Position numbers and translations under genes: made by a program. From Octopus bimaculoides (lineage: Eukaryota): DNA of 64,000 nt. Position 1 is the stretch's first letter, and every line of letters begins with the position of its first letter. Of this stretch, positions 25,061-38,145 are shown one piece after another. The stretch is from the NCBI RefSeq assembly GCF_001194135.2, contig NC_068987.1:85579758-85643757 (forward strand), in the 5' to 3' direction. The notes under the pieces were generated by a model. That model had not been told where the DNA came from. It made no database searches and saw only the letters and a list, made by a program, of their open reading frames with translations.

Positions 25061-25216
25061 ATCATATGCACACACCTACATGCATACACGTTGGTCTGGC
25101 TGGTAGACATGTAAAACTGCTGGTTTTGCATAACCAACCTTGCTCGCACTTGTGCCTCGGAGGGTAACTCTCTAGGTGCAATTCCATGGTCATCCATGAC
25201 AGAAAGGGATCTCTTT

Positions 25217-25450
25217 AAGGCAGCAAGCTGGCAGAAACATTAGCACGCCGGGCAAAATGCTTAGCGGTATTCCATCTGCCGTTACGTTCTGAGTTCAAAT
25301 TCCGCCGAGGTGGACTTTGTCTTTCATCCTTTCGGGGTCGATGAAATAAGTACCAGTTACGCATTGGAGTCGATATAATCGACTTAATCCGTTTGTCTGT
25401 CCTTGTTTGTCCCCTCTGCCTGTAGCCCCTTGTGGGCAGTAAAGAAATAA
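25217..25450 (+). mobile_element. SINE family A monomer, well preserved
   Basis: aaggcagcaagctggcagaaacattagcacgccgggc..gagttcaaattccgccgagg..gtccttgtttgtcccctct..aaagaaata. Confidence 0.9.
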
Positions 25451-28063
25451 CAAAGGGGTCTCTTTACTCTTTGTATATATAAATACACAAACAAACACAC
25501 ACACAAACACATATCTATATATACAGCGAGAGAGAGAGATAGATAGAGAGAGAACGAGAGAGAGCTGGCTTTCTTCAAGAAAAAAATGAGAGAGAAGTGT
25601 CCAATGCATGTAGTGCATATAGAGTATGTTGAAACTGAATTTCTATGTCGCAACACAAGTTTCTGGTGCTGAAGAGATAACCACTCCGAAATGAATGCAT
25701 CTACCCGTCAGACTCGGTATTTTCACACCCCTCTGTCAACAGCAAGCACTTTTCTTCATGACAAAATACAGTGAGTGACATCTTTACAGGTTCGAATATA
25801 CCTCACGGATATTTGAACTGGTAACAAGCTTGCATTTATAAACGTCACTACATATTGCTTTCGTCACACACGCACACACACGCACACACACAGAGATGAG
25901 TGGTTGTAAGTATATATATACAATTCTAATGTCAAATTGACTGCGATGTGATGAATGATGACCTCCAGTTTTACTGATTTCGCGGATTAGTCAAAACAGA
26001 AAAGGAAAAGCATTGCTCATGAACCTTCTTCGATTGTCCGTGGTTGTTGGAAGTACAAAAATCATTAATCTTAAACCAGGGCTCTACGCAAATGCTTGCA
26101 ACAGAATTTTTACACTAAAATAGTTGTCCACAATGACGGCACAAAGTCTAGTGCTAAGACGAGTGACGGGTAAAATATAAGCCTTAATAAGATAAATGTT
26201 CCACCGAACGCTGCAAAAGTTTGTTTTTGGCAAACGTCACTGACAATACTTTGGGAGATTTTTATTTTGATAACATTTTTCAAATATGTAACACATTTGA
26301 ATCTAAGAGAATAACCACAAAAATATAAAGTAAAGCTTTTAACCACATAAATATTCTTTGCTATAGAAATGATTAAATATAATGTCTGATCCACAACGGA
26401 CTGTGAATCTCTCGTCTTGTACTGACTTTACGACTAATTCGGATTCATATAGTTATCTACGTGTTTACTGCCATGTTTTTATTAGAAGTTTTACGGTTTG
26501 TAGTTTTAATTATCAGATAGACTAATAAAACATTATATGTGACAGCAGGCGGAGAGCTGAGACGTCGGAAATATACCTCAGTTCTGCATTCAAATCCTGT
26601 CAAAAGTCAATTTTATCTTTCATTGCCTCGTGCTCGATACAATTATGTACCAGCCAAACACTGGAGTCGATGTAATTGATCTCTTCTATGAAATTTGATA
26701 GCTCTGAATCCTGGAGTGAACCGGTGTCCCGTTGAGGGCAATATTGTGATCTCCGTCACTCATAAGCTATGAAACCTAGAATAAGTCTTATGTGTCCTAC
26801 GGCTCAAGAAAGCAATGTTTGTGAGACGCTATCAGCTTCAGATGTCCTCTTATAACGCCATATAGGAAGAATATTTTAAAATGATTTGATTGATATTTTG
26901 CGGTTGCTACCATGCTGGATTGAAAATATAATATCGAACTCATTGCATTACACAATCGGTAACTGTAGTGTAATATTTTAACCGTGTCTACAATCTTGAT
27001 ATTTTCACATAACACATAATTACAGATATATGATACCAACTGCAACCAGATGTTTATTTGTGTTTCAACGAATATTTGATTAATTTCTAGCTTGTTCCCA
27101 TAGTAATCACTAATCTGTTAAATTATTTGGAAGACTTTGTACAGGGATAAAGAAAAATAAATAACAGCAGAGCGTAAAACTATATTTAGTTTCGACTTTC
27201 GAATAATTTATCCCTTCAGGTTGGGTAAAAATGTTAAGATTTACATGATGGAACTGATGTAATCAAATACACCCATCTATTAAGAAAATGTCATTGCACC
27301 AAGTAGAAGAAAATCTTTGTTCAAATCAAATTGCTGCAACCAATATGTTAAAAAATGGTATATAATACGTTAAATATCCCTCACAAAAAAAAAAGAGAGA
27401 GAAACAGATTTAAGAATATATATTATTTTTCGTCTTTTCATTCATTTCAATAGTTTTTTTTTTTTTCTGAAACTTGCAAATGCCATAAATAATAGACTTT
27501 CGAAAATCACGTTGGTGTTCTGAAGCGTTTGGTTTCTATTTTGATATTTTTTTGACAGGTAAATTGATATATAAAATCTTATGTTGCAACGTAAATGCAC
27601 CGATTTTCGAAATTTATTGTCAGCTTCAGTTACTTTTGTCGTCAATCTTACATACGACTAGAAATGATGCGAACTTCTACGTGGCCGCTCAAATTACACG
27701 AAGTAGCAGTGAATTACCCCCTCAAAGTAAAATTGTACTGTCTTAAAACAAAGAAGACACTGAGTAACCTTGGGTTAAATATCTACGGAAAGGGTGAATG
27801 GTCATGTCTGAAACGCTCTGATCAGAACGGAATTCGAGGTAAACAATAAAGTACCAAATTAAGATTGTTGCCGTATAGGAACTGAGCTTGATCATAGTCA
27901 AATATCTTCGATAGAGGACATTATTTCAGGTAAACAGTCTTAATGGTAAAGTAGTTCTTGCTTTTGCTGGTGGTGGTAATCGTACTCAACACGAAGACAG
28001 TCATCATTGAGTGGGCTTATGATAAAAACATCGCCGTGATATCATGTTATTCTTTCAATTGTT

Positions 28064-28219
28064 TACATTATTTACATTATTTACATTTGACGGATATTTG
28101 ACCTACTCTTGTTTGTTGATATACTCACCAGCCTTCATCAGGTGTCTTGGGAGAATTTCGAACCTGGTATCGAAAAATAAGAACCCAGGTTCCAAATCTC
28201 CCGAAGACACTTGATGAAA
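28064..28219. mobile_element. SINE family E, truncated inverted pair
   Basis: A minus copy at 28064-28167 (tail, cacCTGATGAaggctg) abuts a plus fragment at 28168-28219 (atcgaaaaata..gaacccagg..aagacacttgatgaa). Confidence 0.8.
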
Positions 28220-28500
28220 TACACCAACATCGGTTGTCAAGCGACGGTGGGGATACACACACAGCCACACATACAAACACACAAACACACACACTCACAC
28301 ACACACACACACATACACACACACACATACACACACACACACACACACACATATACGACGGACTTCTTTCAGTTTCCACCTACCAAATCCACTCACAAGG
28401 GTTTTGGTCATCCCGAAGCTATAGTAGAAGACACTTGCCCAGAGTGCCACGCAGTGGGACTGAACCCGGAACCATTCTTACCACACAGCCACACAGCCAC
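28220..28500 (-). mobile_element. SINE family B/C (head + microsatellite + part of 3' module)
   Basis: catcggttgtcaagcg..(CA)n..atacgacggacttctttcagtttcc..gggactgaacccggaacc. Confidence 0.85.
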
Positions 28501-28874
28501 TCCATCGCCTAGTGTGCGAATCGCAAATCATTTTAGTGACGTTATACATCTTCTGCAACCGAATAATGCAGTTACATATAGAGAAAGTAAAAAAATGTAT
28601 TTTATTTATTTTATATCGCATTTGATGGAACAAAAACTTCATTGGTTGCATGTTTCCCACGGGAAATTCATCGTTTTATTGCGTTTCCGATGACAACATT
28701 AAGAAAACAACGAAATATCACTCGATGCAGAACAAAAATATTCAAGAGATTTCTTGTATAAAGAATCGGTTATTCACCTGCCCTGAGAGCCTTCATGGAT
28801 ATACACACATGCATATACAAATCATCTTAAGAAATGAATAGAAAGACATATCTGATGGATGTTATTTTACTTAC

Positions 28875-28974
28875 CGTATATATAGCTTATTGCGAGGCAC
28901 TCTAAAATTGTAACCAGGAGCAATGGAAAACCGCTGATGCTGAAGTCTATCAGGTTTAAAAGAAACATTCCACC
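28875..28974 (-). CDS. SLC6/NSS transporter exon E (TM10)
   Basis: Acceptor catatttcAG| and donor |GTAAGT. 33 codons + 1 nt: GGMFLLNLIDFSISGFPLLLVTILECLAISYIY(G); the intron is 1964 nt. Confidence 0.96.
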
Positions 28975-29028
28975 CTGAAATATGAATCATTGAATACATT
29001 GTTAGAGTGGGGTCATTACTGTTATTAT

Positions 29029-29046
29029 AATTACCATCATCATCAC

Positions 29047-29077
<31 letters not shown>

Positions 29078-29180
29078 GTCATCATCATCGTCGTCGTCGT
29101 CGTCATCATCGTCCTCATCATCATTATCGTCATCGTCATCGTCATCGTCATCGTCCTCATCGTCCGCATTGTCATCATCG

Positions 29181-29226
<46 letters not shown>

Positions 29227-29300
29227 TATCATCGTTCTCATCATCATTGTCCTCATTATCCTCATCCTCCTCATCATCACTACCACCATCACCACCTCAC
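29029..29300. repeat. Compound (CAT)n/(CGT)n microsatellite
   Basis: Read directly; source of the poly-His, poly-Met and poly-Ser ORF artefacts. Confidence 0.97.
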
Positions 29301-29847
29301 CTACCACTGCCGAACCAGTACCATCCTCTTTATCATCCTTATACTCCCCTTCATCTCCCTCATCATCAGTGACTTAACATCGTTCTGTACGTATTACATA
29401 ACATTCGAAACATAAAGGATTGCCAGGCTGAGGATTATCAGAGTAAACACCTTATAAGTGTTGGGCCTTGTGCCTTTGTAAGAAACAAAGTACCAAAAAC
29501 AAAGTACCTACAAAACAAAGAACGAAAAATATGACGTGAGATAAATGCGAATACTGAATATTCTGAATATTATTTGTTGTTCCTGCCGTTGTTGTTTAGT
29601 CTCTGATCATTCTTCGCAATCAGACCTATAACATTGGCACACCAGCCGTAAATATCTTGTTAGTCTTTTTTTGTTTTTACTCTATACCTACACAACTATA
29701 ATATTGCAATATGGCCACTAACATGCATGTGCAGTCAAGAATTTCGCTCCGCAAAAAAGTACTTTCAAATTCAATCCCACTTCTCTGCAACATATCTTCC
29801 GCTAACATCTCGGTTTAACCAATATCATGTCAGTGGAAAGGTGGTGA

Positions 29848-30050
29848 TCTGTCAGAAACGTTAGTACGCCCGGCGAAATGCTTAGCGGTATTTCGTCTGC
29901 CGCTACGTTCTGAGTTCAAATTCCGCCCAGGTCGACTTTGCCTTTCATCCCTTCAGAGTCTTTAAATTAAGTACCAGTTGCGAACTGGGGTCAATCTAAT
30001 CGACTCGCTCTTTCCCCCAAAAATTCGGGGTTTGTGCCAAGAGAAAAAAG
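29848..30050 (+). mobile_element. SINE family A monomer
   Basis: cagaaacgttagtacgcccggcgaaatgcttagcggtatttcg..core..cccccaaaaattcggggtttgtgcc. Confidence 0.88.
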
Positions 30051-30938
30051 AATATCATGTCACTGGAATTTGCTTTGGGCACTGGAAATACTACAGAATC
30101 CCATCATATATTATTCTTCACAAGGAAAGCTAGAGCACTAGGCTAGACCAGTTTCGTCTCAAAGAACAACAGCCTCATCAGTAGTGACTACTCCATCGCC
30201 GAATGGTTGGGCTAAATCCCAACTGTCAGTATATATATATATTTGCCATATACATTTATGGTTGATTTAGCGAAATGCTAATGTGAAAATTATTAAATAA
30301 CGAAGGTAGCTTTACGCAATATAAAACCGAAAGAGAAAAATTCAGTTGTCACTAAATGTGACTGGGGTACTGGCTATCGTTGCGCCAGAACAATACCAAC
30401 ATGCTGTCTGAACACGTGAGCCTAAAAATAAAGAAAATAACCAGAGTCGCTTTTATTGCATATATATGATGTAAGCTAAGATTGTACACAAAGTCCTATC
30501 ATTTATAAGCCATCTTGAAGTTCTCTCAAAACACTCACTCTGTTCCTAGCATCTGATGGGATGGAAATGTCCTATGCACCCACGAAACTTTACGTCATGT
30601 AGAGTTGAGTCAAGCTGTTATTAAAAATATGTCATTAGTAGCAAACGTATTGAGTGCTACTCTCTTTTTCTCACTCGTATTACATTAATCCGGCTGCATG
30701 TGTGTGTTTTTTTTGTACGTATGTATTTATGCTTACCGGTGACTGAAGTTACGTCTATTTATTTATTAGAAATGTAACGCAACAATTCAGTAAATAGAGA
30801 GCTCTAAAATAAGTGCAAATCTGAATTAAATACGCTGGGTCGAGTGGATATGATTGATTAAAACCAGCGAACATAGCACCACAGAATGGCCACAATCAAA
30901 CGACTGAAACTAGGAAAATAATAAAACAATGTACTTAC

Positions 30939-31076
30939 ATTACACAGCATTGGTAAACCAAGGAGGAAGGAGATGGCTATGATCAATGCACGAACACAAA
31001 TAGTTCTTGGAATGGTATTAATATATGTACGTAGTTCATCCAATATAGAACTCATCACGCATTCTACAATAGAAAA
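30939..31076 (-). CDS. SLC6/NSS transporter exon D (TM8 end-TM9)
   Basis: Acceptor ttgttttcAG| and donor |GTAAGT. 46 codons: FSIVECVMSSILDELRTYINTIPRTICVRALIIAISFLLGLPMLCN, phase 0/0; the intron is 6305 nt. Confidence 0.96.
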
Positions 31077-31456
31077 CTGAAAACAAATAACAAAACAAAC
31101 ATTATCATTGAAATAAAATGAAACAAAGAGAATAACAATTGTATTCATATCATCTAACCAGTTCTTTAAATAAACCAAGAGCAGTTCTGGCAAAGAGAGA
31201 GAGACTGAGTAGTTTTTATATTTGTGGGTGAGTTATATTAGCTAGCGTCAATGTAAGAATGTTCAAGTATTGATTGGTTTTAAGCTAGGAATATTGCATA
31301 TTGAATTGGCAACCACATCAGATCGTTGTATAGTTATATTGATTGTGCATCAGTTATTGCGGGTATATGCGTTCAAATCACGATGGGGGTCGGCTCTGGA
31401 TTTGATTGTTTTCTCAGAAAAGGGAAGTGGATTGATAAATAAAATACTGCTTCGTT

Positions 31457-31493
<37 letters not shown>

Positions 31494-31514
31494 CCCATTT
31501 ATCCCCCTCTTTCG

Positions 31515-31870
31515 TAATACTGGCATTTCTAGGGATAACCCCTCTGATCCACAACGGCGTTGAGGAAACCTTCGCTGCCCCACAGCCAACCTTCTTACTG
31601 AGCCCTGTAATGCCAACATGTTGAATGCTCTGTAAAGAGACTGGCCTTCAAACCATCCGCATCGCGCTTCGATGGACTGACATATTCGTTGCTACCGATT
31701 GCTTTGGAAAATCCCACCAGCTCAACATATTTCTTCTATTTCTCTCGCTGTTCTTTTCAGTGCTGTCCTCCCAGGGAATTTATAACCTCTTTCTTTCCTT
31801 CTTTCTCCGAATTAGCTAATTTGCACTGCATGATGTAGTTTTGTCACGCACTAATCACAGCGTCCTTTGT
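31515..31870 (-). mobile_element. Decayed restriction-like-endonuclease LINE 3' end (HERO/NeSL-like)
   Basis: Frameshifted IPWEDS..KYVELV..IEARCGWFEGQSLYRAFNMLAL, resembling the 'VPWE..KY.EL..PIEVGCRGF.GQSL.RA..LG' pattern. Confidence 0.55.
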
Positions 31871-32959
31871 TTTCAGACACGGTGAAGAGCTGAACGAGAA
31901 AACTGTTATGTAATTGTAACCGTCCAGGGGTGGAGAGATGCGCAGTATAGCACAAAACGGAAATGAAGAATATTTAAACAACCCTTAAAACACTAAAGAA
32001 GTTTAGTCCATTGAATCGATTTTTAGCACGTCTAGTATTTATAGATGTCAATGAGACAGCGTTTAGGTGACTGCTCGGTATGCGAGGTGTAAAGGACAAC
32101 TTTCCATCAAATAACACTCTGCCATCTTGAGACAAACGGACTGTAGTACATTAAACCTGATATGTATACGAAATGGTCGTAGAGTTACTTATTTTGGTCA
32201 TGGTTTTCGGTGAATTGAAGTTTTTGTCTTTGAGAAATAAAACAAACCAAATCGTGATATTTAGCCCCTTTCACAGAAAAAGTGAGAGAATTTAGGGCTA
32301 AACAACATTAACAACACAAGTTTTAGTTTAAAAAAAAAACATCATTTGGATCCCATACACTTTTGGATTACTGAGGCGTGCTCAATACTTGCTGTCTATG
32401 TAATTAACCTAAAATCAGTCAACCCATGGCGCAGGTCTTTTCTGATGATTAAAGAGAAAGAAATGGATGTTATCCCAATTATGGATGTTCCAAAGCAAAG
32501 TAGAATGTCTTTCTCAAGACTGAAGCATATTCGCTGCTATGGATTACTTGAAGGTTGTCTATACTAGGAAGCTGTTCGCAAAACTTATTTAAATAATTTC
32601 ATAGCAACCCAGACATTGAACCGTAGTTGGAAAGCTACAGATTATCTGCCAGAGCTGAAAAGTTAATTGTTATAGATTTGTCCTTTATCTTTTAGTGGTC
32701 AATAAATTATGAGTAAATAACATTCTAGTATTCAATCGATTTTTGTTACTAAAAAGATTAAAGAAGAAAAAAAAAGTGATTTTGCACTAAATTATTTGTT
32801 TTCAGTTAAAGACGTTTTATCAATGATGATTCAACGAACTAAGTTCCTAAAAATATTTTGGTTCACTCTTCTGCGATATGTTGGAAATACTGCCGAATTT
32901 TATTAGAGTTTTAATTCTTCCTAGTTTCACATGTTTATATTGTATGTACTGAGATCGTG

Positions 32960-33130
32960 TCAGTCAAGTATAGACTCTGCTAATACTGGAACGTCTAGGG
33001 AATGGACAGTACGAACAGAATCACCTGCGCGGATGCTTCTGATATCAATAACATATCCAGTCTTAATGATGTTGAAGCAATCGTCTCTGGGAACTTCGGC
33101 TTCCTCCCCAAATCGATAAAAGTTTAGGAG
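32960..33130 (-). CDS. Candidate orphan or alternative terminal exon (56 aa + stop), no recognised homology
   Basis: Strong acceptor ttattttattttAG|. Phase-0 open frame LLNFYRFGEEAEVPRDDCFNIIKTGYVIDIRSIRAGDSVRTVHSLDVPVLAESILD*, visibly more GC-rich than its flanks, with AATAAA at 32904-32899. Confidence 0.3.
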   Translation of the reverse strand, partial: LLNFYRFGEEAEVPRDDCFNIIKTGYVIDIRSIRAGDSVRTVHSLDVPVLAESILD

Positions 33131-33164
33131 CTAAAATAAAATAATTTTATTGAAAGAAACAATT

Positions 33165-33365
33165 TAGTCACTCGTCTTTGAGTTTGTGTTTGTCCGCCAC
33201 CACACCACCTGGAAGCCAGTTTTGGTGAGTTTACGTCCCCGTAACATTGCGTCTCGGCAAAAAAGAAGGATAGAATTAGTACGAGGTTTCAAAAAATAAT
33301 TATTGGGATCTCCTCGTTCTACTAAATAGTCTTTGAAGTGGGTGCCCCAGCATGGTCTAATGACT
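33165..33365 (+). mobile_element. SINE family B/C 3' module
   Basis: tgtgtttgtccgccacc..ttacgtccccgtaac..gccccagcatgg..tgac. Confidence 0.75.
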
Positions 33366-33974
33366 TCAAAGAAGAGATAAATGACAAAAAAAAAAATTGA
33401 ATAAAAGCCTATCTTAATCTCGGATGAGTCACGTGTATCATCAATAAAGAAGTTTACTGTTGTCAATATCTGCAATTATTCGGCCCGTTATGTATCTCCT
33501 TTCAAACCAATTCAAGAACATTTCCTAAAAAAATATTTCGGATAATTTTTCCTCGTAAAACTAAATTCCAACTGACAAGGGTAAAAATTCTGGGAAAATG
33601 TGAATGCTTTTTATGTCTGCTGAATAAAGAGTAAGTGGATACTGACTACGGGAATCGAATGATGTAGCCTGTATTTAATCAGTTCTCATCAAATGGTAAG
33701 AAATAACAGACGAAAGTTGATTTGTTTTTCACCAGTTTTCTAACAACTAGATTTCAAATATAAACAGCTCCCAAGACTGTAATTAAAATCTGTGGACGTC
33801 AGAATTATTTTGTAATTGTAATTATCATCGGAAATGTTTTACAATTATGATTAAAAATCTTTGAAGTAAATTGATAATAATAAACAAACAAAAAAAGATC
33901 TTCCATTTATGAATTTTTTTTTTTTGTATTTTCAGTTTTTCTTTCTGCTAATGTTTGAGGAAGTTTAATCAATG

Positions 33975-34334
33975 TTATCCTCCTCCTCCTCCTCCTCCTC
34001 CTCATCATCATCATCATCAACAACAACAGCGACAACTTCACCAACGTCATCATCACCATAATCATCCAAATTATTTCTCTTCTTCCTCACCTTCATGTTA
34101 TCATTTTTACCTCAATAGTCAATCAACCCCACCACGATCACCACCTACGCAGTCCACACCGTCATCATCATCATCGTCATCATCATCATCATTACAAGTA
34201 CATCTCTGAGCTGTGCGATCTTCGTGATAATTAAGGTCAACGCAACGGTTATTATCATTTCATAAACTCTTTAACATCGCCAGTAACAAAATAGACGTAA
34301 TTGGTAAATGTTTTACTACTACTACTACTACTAC

Positions 34335-34404
<70 letters not shown>

Positions 34405-34452
34405 AAGAAGAAAAAGAAGAAGAACAAGAAGAACAANNNNNNNNNNCACAAC

Positions 34453-34484
<32 letters not shown>

Positions 34485-34508
34485 TAATAATAATAATTCT
34501 GCTGCATG

Positions 34509-34571
<63 letters not shown>

Positions 34572-34600
34572 TTACTACTATTACTGCTGCTACAACTAAG
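33975..34600. repeat. Compound trinucleotide block (CCT)n,(CAT)n,(ACT)n,(AAT)n,(AAG)n
   Basis: Read directly from the sequence. Confidence 0.95.
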
Positions 34601-34983
34601 AACAACAACACCAGTATCAAGAAGAACAAGAGCAGCAGCTATAAAAAGGAATGATACAAAGAATGCTATGATGATAATAAATTAATATTAATTACGAATT
34701 AGAAGTGCTAATCAGTAATCTATATAAATATAAATTTGTTACCAGTTCATATATGTTCCAGACATATTCAAACCCGTAAAAAAGCTATTGACTCCATTTT
34801 GTCATGGAGAAATATTCTCTCAGTAGACAAAAGGAAAAGGTGTAAAAACAGTAATCCCCCGATTATCCCGGGTGTTATGCTCCAAAAGGTCCCACAGAAA
34901 TAATTAAAATCTAAAAAAATATATCGGTTGCAGAAACCCACAATGTACTGAGGAGTCTGCGACATAAATTTACGTTTGTTTAG

Positions 34984-35147
34984 GCGAGCGCAGGCGTGGC
35001 TGTGTGGTAAGAAGCTTGCTTGCCAACCACATGGATCCGGGCTCAGTCCAACTGCGGGGCATGTTGGGAAAATATCTTCTACTATAGCCTCTGACCGACA
35101 ATAGCCTTATGAGTGGATTTGGTAGACGGAAACTGAAAGAAGCCCGT

Positions 35148-35192
<45 letters not shown>
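34984..35192 (+). mobile_element. SINE family B/C 5' half running into (TA)n and a gap
   Basis: gcgtggctgtgtggtaagaagcttgcttgccaaccacatggatccgggctcagtcc..gacggaaactgaaagaagcccg. Confidence 0.88.
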
Positions 35193-35456
35193 NNNNNNNN
35201 NNNNNNNNNNNNNNNNNNNNNNNNNNNNNNNNNNNNNNNNNNNNNNNNNNNNNNNNNNNNNNNNNNNNNNNNNNNNNNNNNNNNNNNNNNNNNNNNNNNN
35301 NNNNNNNNNNNNNNNNNNNNNNNNNNNNNNNNNNNNNNNNNNNNNNNNNNNNNNNNNNNNNNNNNNNNNNNNNNNNNNNNNNNNNNNNNNNNNNNNNNNN
35401 NNNNNNNNNNNNNNNNNNNNNNNNNNNNNNNNNNNATGATGATGATGATGATGATG

Positions 35457-35499
<43 letters not shown>

Positions 35500-35849
35500 T
35501 AATAATAATGGACTCTCCTGCCGAAGATGATGTATAAATGTGAGGCTTTTGTCGAACGACCTGCCCAAATGATTTGCTTATAGTGATCAAATGTTCGTGT
35601 TGCACATTAGCTCACTCTCTCCATCAAATCACTGTTGTCTGAACTGGTGCATGGTGTACTACGTGTCACGTGTCGAAGTGATCGCATAGCAACTGGAGAT
35701 GAAATGTTTTGATCAAGAACACACCGCTCCACTCCGGTCTAGGAATTGAAATCATGACCTAGCGATCGTGAGTGTAAGCCCCTAACCACTATTCCATGCA
35801 CCCTTGCATGATAATAAAAACAACAACATCAATAATAACAATAATGGTG

Positions 35850-36060
35850 ATCCTTTGTACTAAAGGCGCAAGGCCTGAAATTTGGGGGAGGGGACTAGTC
35901 GATTACATCGATTCCAGTGTTTCACTGGTACTTAGTTTATCGACCCCGAGAAGATGAAAAGCAAAGTCGACCTCGGCGGAGTGTTAACTGAGAACGTAAG
36001 CATGACGGACGAAATGCTGCTAAGTATTTTTCCGATGTGCTAACGGTTCTGCCAATTCGC
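35850..36060 (-). mobile_element. SINE family A monomer
   Basis: Reverse-complement head, core and tail, flanked by (AAT)-rich tracts on both sides. Confidence 0.85.
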
Positions 36061-37381
36061 CATAATAATAATAATAATCATTAAATGGTATTTATATTCC
36101 GCGACATATTTTGATTTAGCTGTGATTCCTTAAAAAGAAAATGTAAACAAAACGAAAACAAAACAAGCAGAAAAAAAAAAACGAAATAAAATGCAAAAAC
36201 AGACGAATTTTCTTGCTAATACAGTCCCCGTGGGAAGATACTGTTGCAAATTTTTATTTAACATATATTGAATGATATTCTAAAATTTAATTTAGAATAT
36301 TTAGAAGTTTGTTTAGAATACTTAGATTATTTTGGAATATTTTGATCATTTCTACTTGGATAGAACACTTTCTCAACCATAATTCTAATGAAATACATTG
36401 CTCATGCACTTCAATTATTTTCTTTTAAATTAACAATTTAATTTAATAATTAACATTTTTCTAAAAAATTAGATTTGCGCTAGTAATGTAACGCAACTAA
36501 ATGATTCTTAAATAAAATTATGGGCAGAAATCTTAAATATGGCATTTAAGAATTCTAACTCTAAACTGGTTTTTAAATGGTAGTTTTGTAACAGACGCTG
36601 GTTGGCATAAATTCAGGCGTTCATTTAGTAATCTTTTGTCTCCGGGAGCCATTTATTTCGTGTGTGCGTGCGCGTACATGTGTGTTTGTAAGTGTGTGAT
36701 TGTGTTTATGAACACAAGTTGGGGTATTGTTTATATATTACACTTAACGCTTGTTAGACATACAACCCTTTCTTTCTCTACATCAAAGAATAACGACAAC
36801 TTTCAAAACAGCAGTCTAGGACAGAAATACACGCCTCTGTTTCACGTTTAGTTAACAAACAGGACTTCTCTCGACATTCTAGAAAAAGGTTGTCAAAATT
36901 TACTTCAAAGCACTGTGTCATCTTATGGTGCAATGAATAATGTAATCCTACTTAGCACTAAGAAGATGGGATGGTTATGGTTGGGAAGTCGTTAGTTATA
37001 GATTTGCTTGATCAGGAATGAGCGGGAGTTAAATCATAAGATTACTAGTAACAATGTAATTACACATCGGAAGATAAAACGATTGAAGTATTTCACGCCA
37101 AACGTGAACACATATCTTGCGCTCTACATGTTTTGAAAATATTGTATCAATTAGGCTAATTATATTGTAATTATATTTAGCCGGACTTCTAAATAAAGTA
37201 CTGAAATGCAGGCGATATTCTAGGCAACGTTTTCGAATTCACATTAATTGTTTTGACGAATGCGTGAGATTCATAGAGCCATTCATTGAAAAATGGAAGT
37301 ATGATATAATATGGTGTCTTTTCATGTGGACATGCAAAGTAAACACAGTAAATGCAATTACTAAACGTATAAGATATTTAC

Positions 37382-37494
37382 CTGTGAACCGATTCCCAGT
37401 AAAGCCATCATGAAGAAAAAGCAGACTGACCAAATTGGTGCTATTGGCATTCGAGCTAACGCTTCTGGGTAGACTTCGAACACCAAACCTGGTC
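37382..37494 (-). CDS. SLC6/NSS transporter exon C (EL4-TM8)
   Basis: Acceptor ttcttttattctAG| and donor |GTAAAT. 2 nt + 37 codons: (G)[37 protein letters not shown], the classic 'GPGL.F..YPEA' motif. Phase 1 matches exon B; the intron is 16403 nt. This frame is not in the ORF track. Confidence 0.97.
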
Positions 37495-38114
37495 CTAGAA
37501 TAAAAGAATTAGATCGTGGTACGATATGATTTCATAGAAACAGATAGAAGTAATATGGTGAATACATATATANNNNNNNNNNNNNNNNNNNNNNNNNNNN
37601 NNNNNNNNNNNNNNNNNNNNNNNNNNNNNNNNNNNNNNNNNNNNNNNNNNNNNNNNNNNNNNNNNNNNNNNNNNNNNNNNNNNNNNNNNNNNNNNNNNNN
37701 NNNNNNNNNNNNNNNNNNNNNNNNNNNNNNNNNNNNNNNNNNNNNNNNNNNNNNNNNNNNNNNNNNNNNNNNNNNNNNNNNNNNNNNNNNNNNNNNNNNN
37801 NNNNNNNNNNNNNNNNNNNNNNNNNNNNNNNNNNNNNNNNNNNNNNNNNNNNNNNNNNNNNNNNNNNNNNNNNNNNNNNNNNNNNNNNNNNNNNNNNNNN
37901 NNNNNNNNNNNNNNNNNNNNNNNNNNNNNNNNNNNNNNNNNNNNNNNNNNNNNNNNNNNNNNNNNNNNNNNNNNNNNNNNNNNNNNNNNNNNNNNNNNNN
38001 NNNNNNNNNNNNNNNNNNNNNNNNNNNNNNNNNNNNNNNNNNNNNNNNNNCCGAAGACACACAAAATCTATTGACTTCTCTAAATATTTATCATTGGGTG
38101 TCAAATTTATATCC

Positions 38115-38145
<31 letters not shown>

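Noticed and set aside
28990-29415. Poly-His / poly-Met / poly-Ser ORFs
   Set aside because: (CAT)n microsatellite in the intron between exons D and E; open in several frames, with no non-repetitive coding context.
34768-34965. ORF with FWSITPGIIGG resembling SLC6 TM11
   Set aside because: It is out of exon order, has no matching donor, and the segment cagtaatcccccgattatccc...tactg (34849-34950) looks like a degenerate pogo/Tigger-type MITE end. Probably coincidence.
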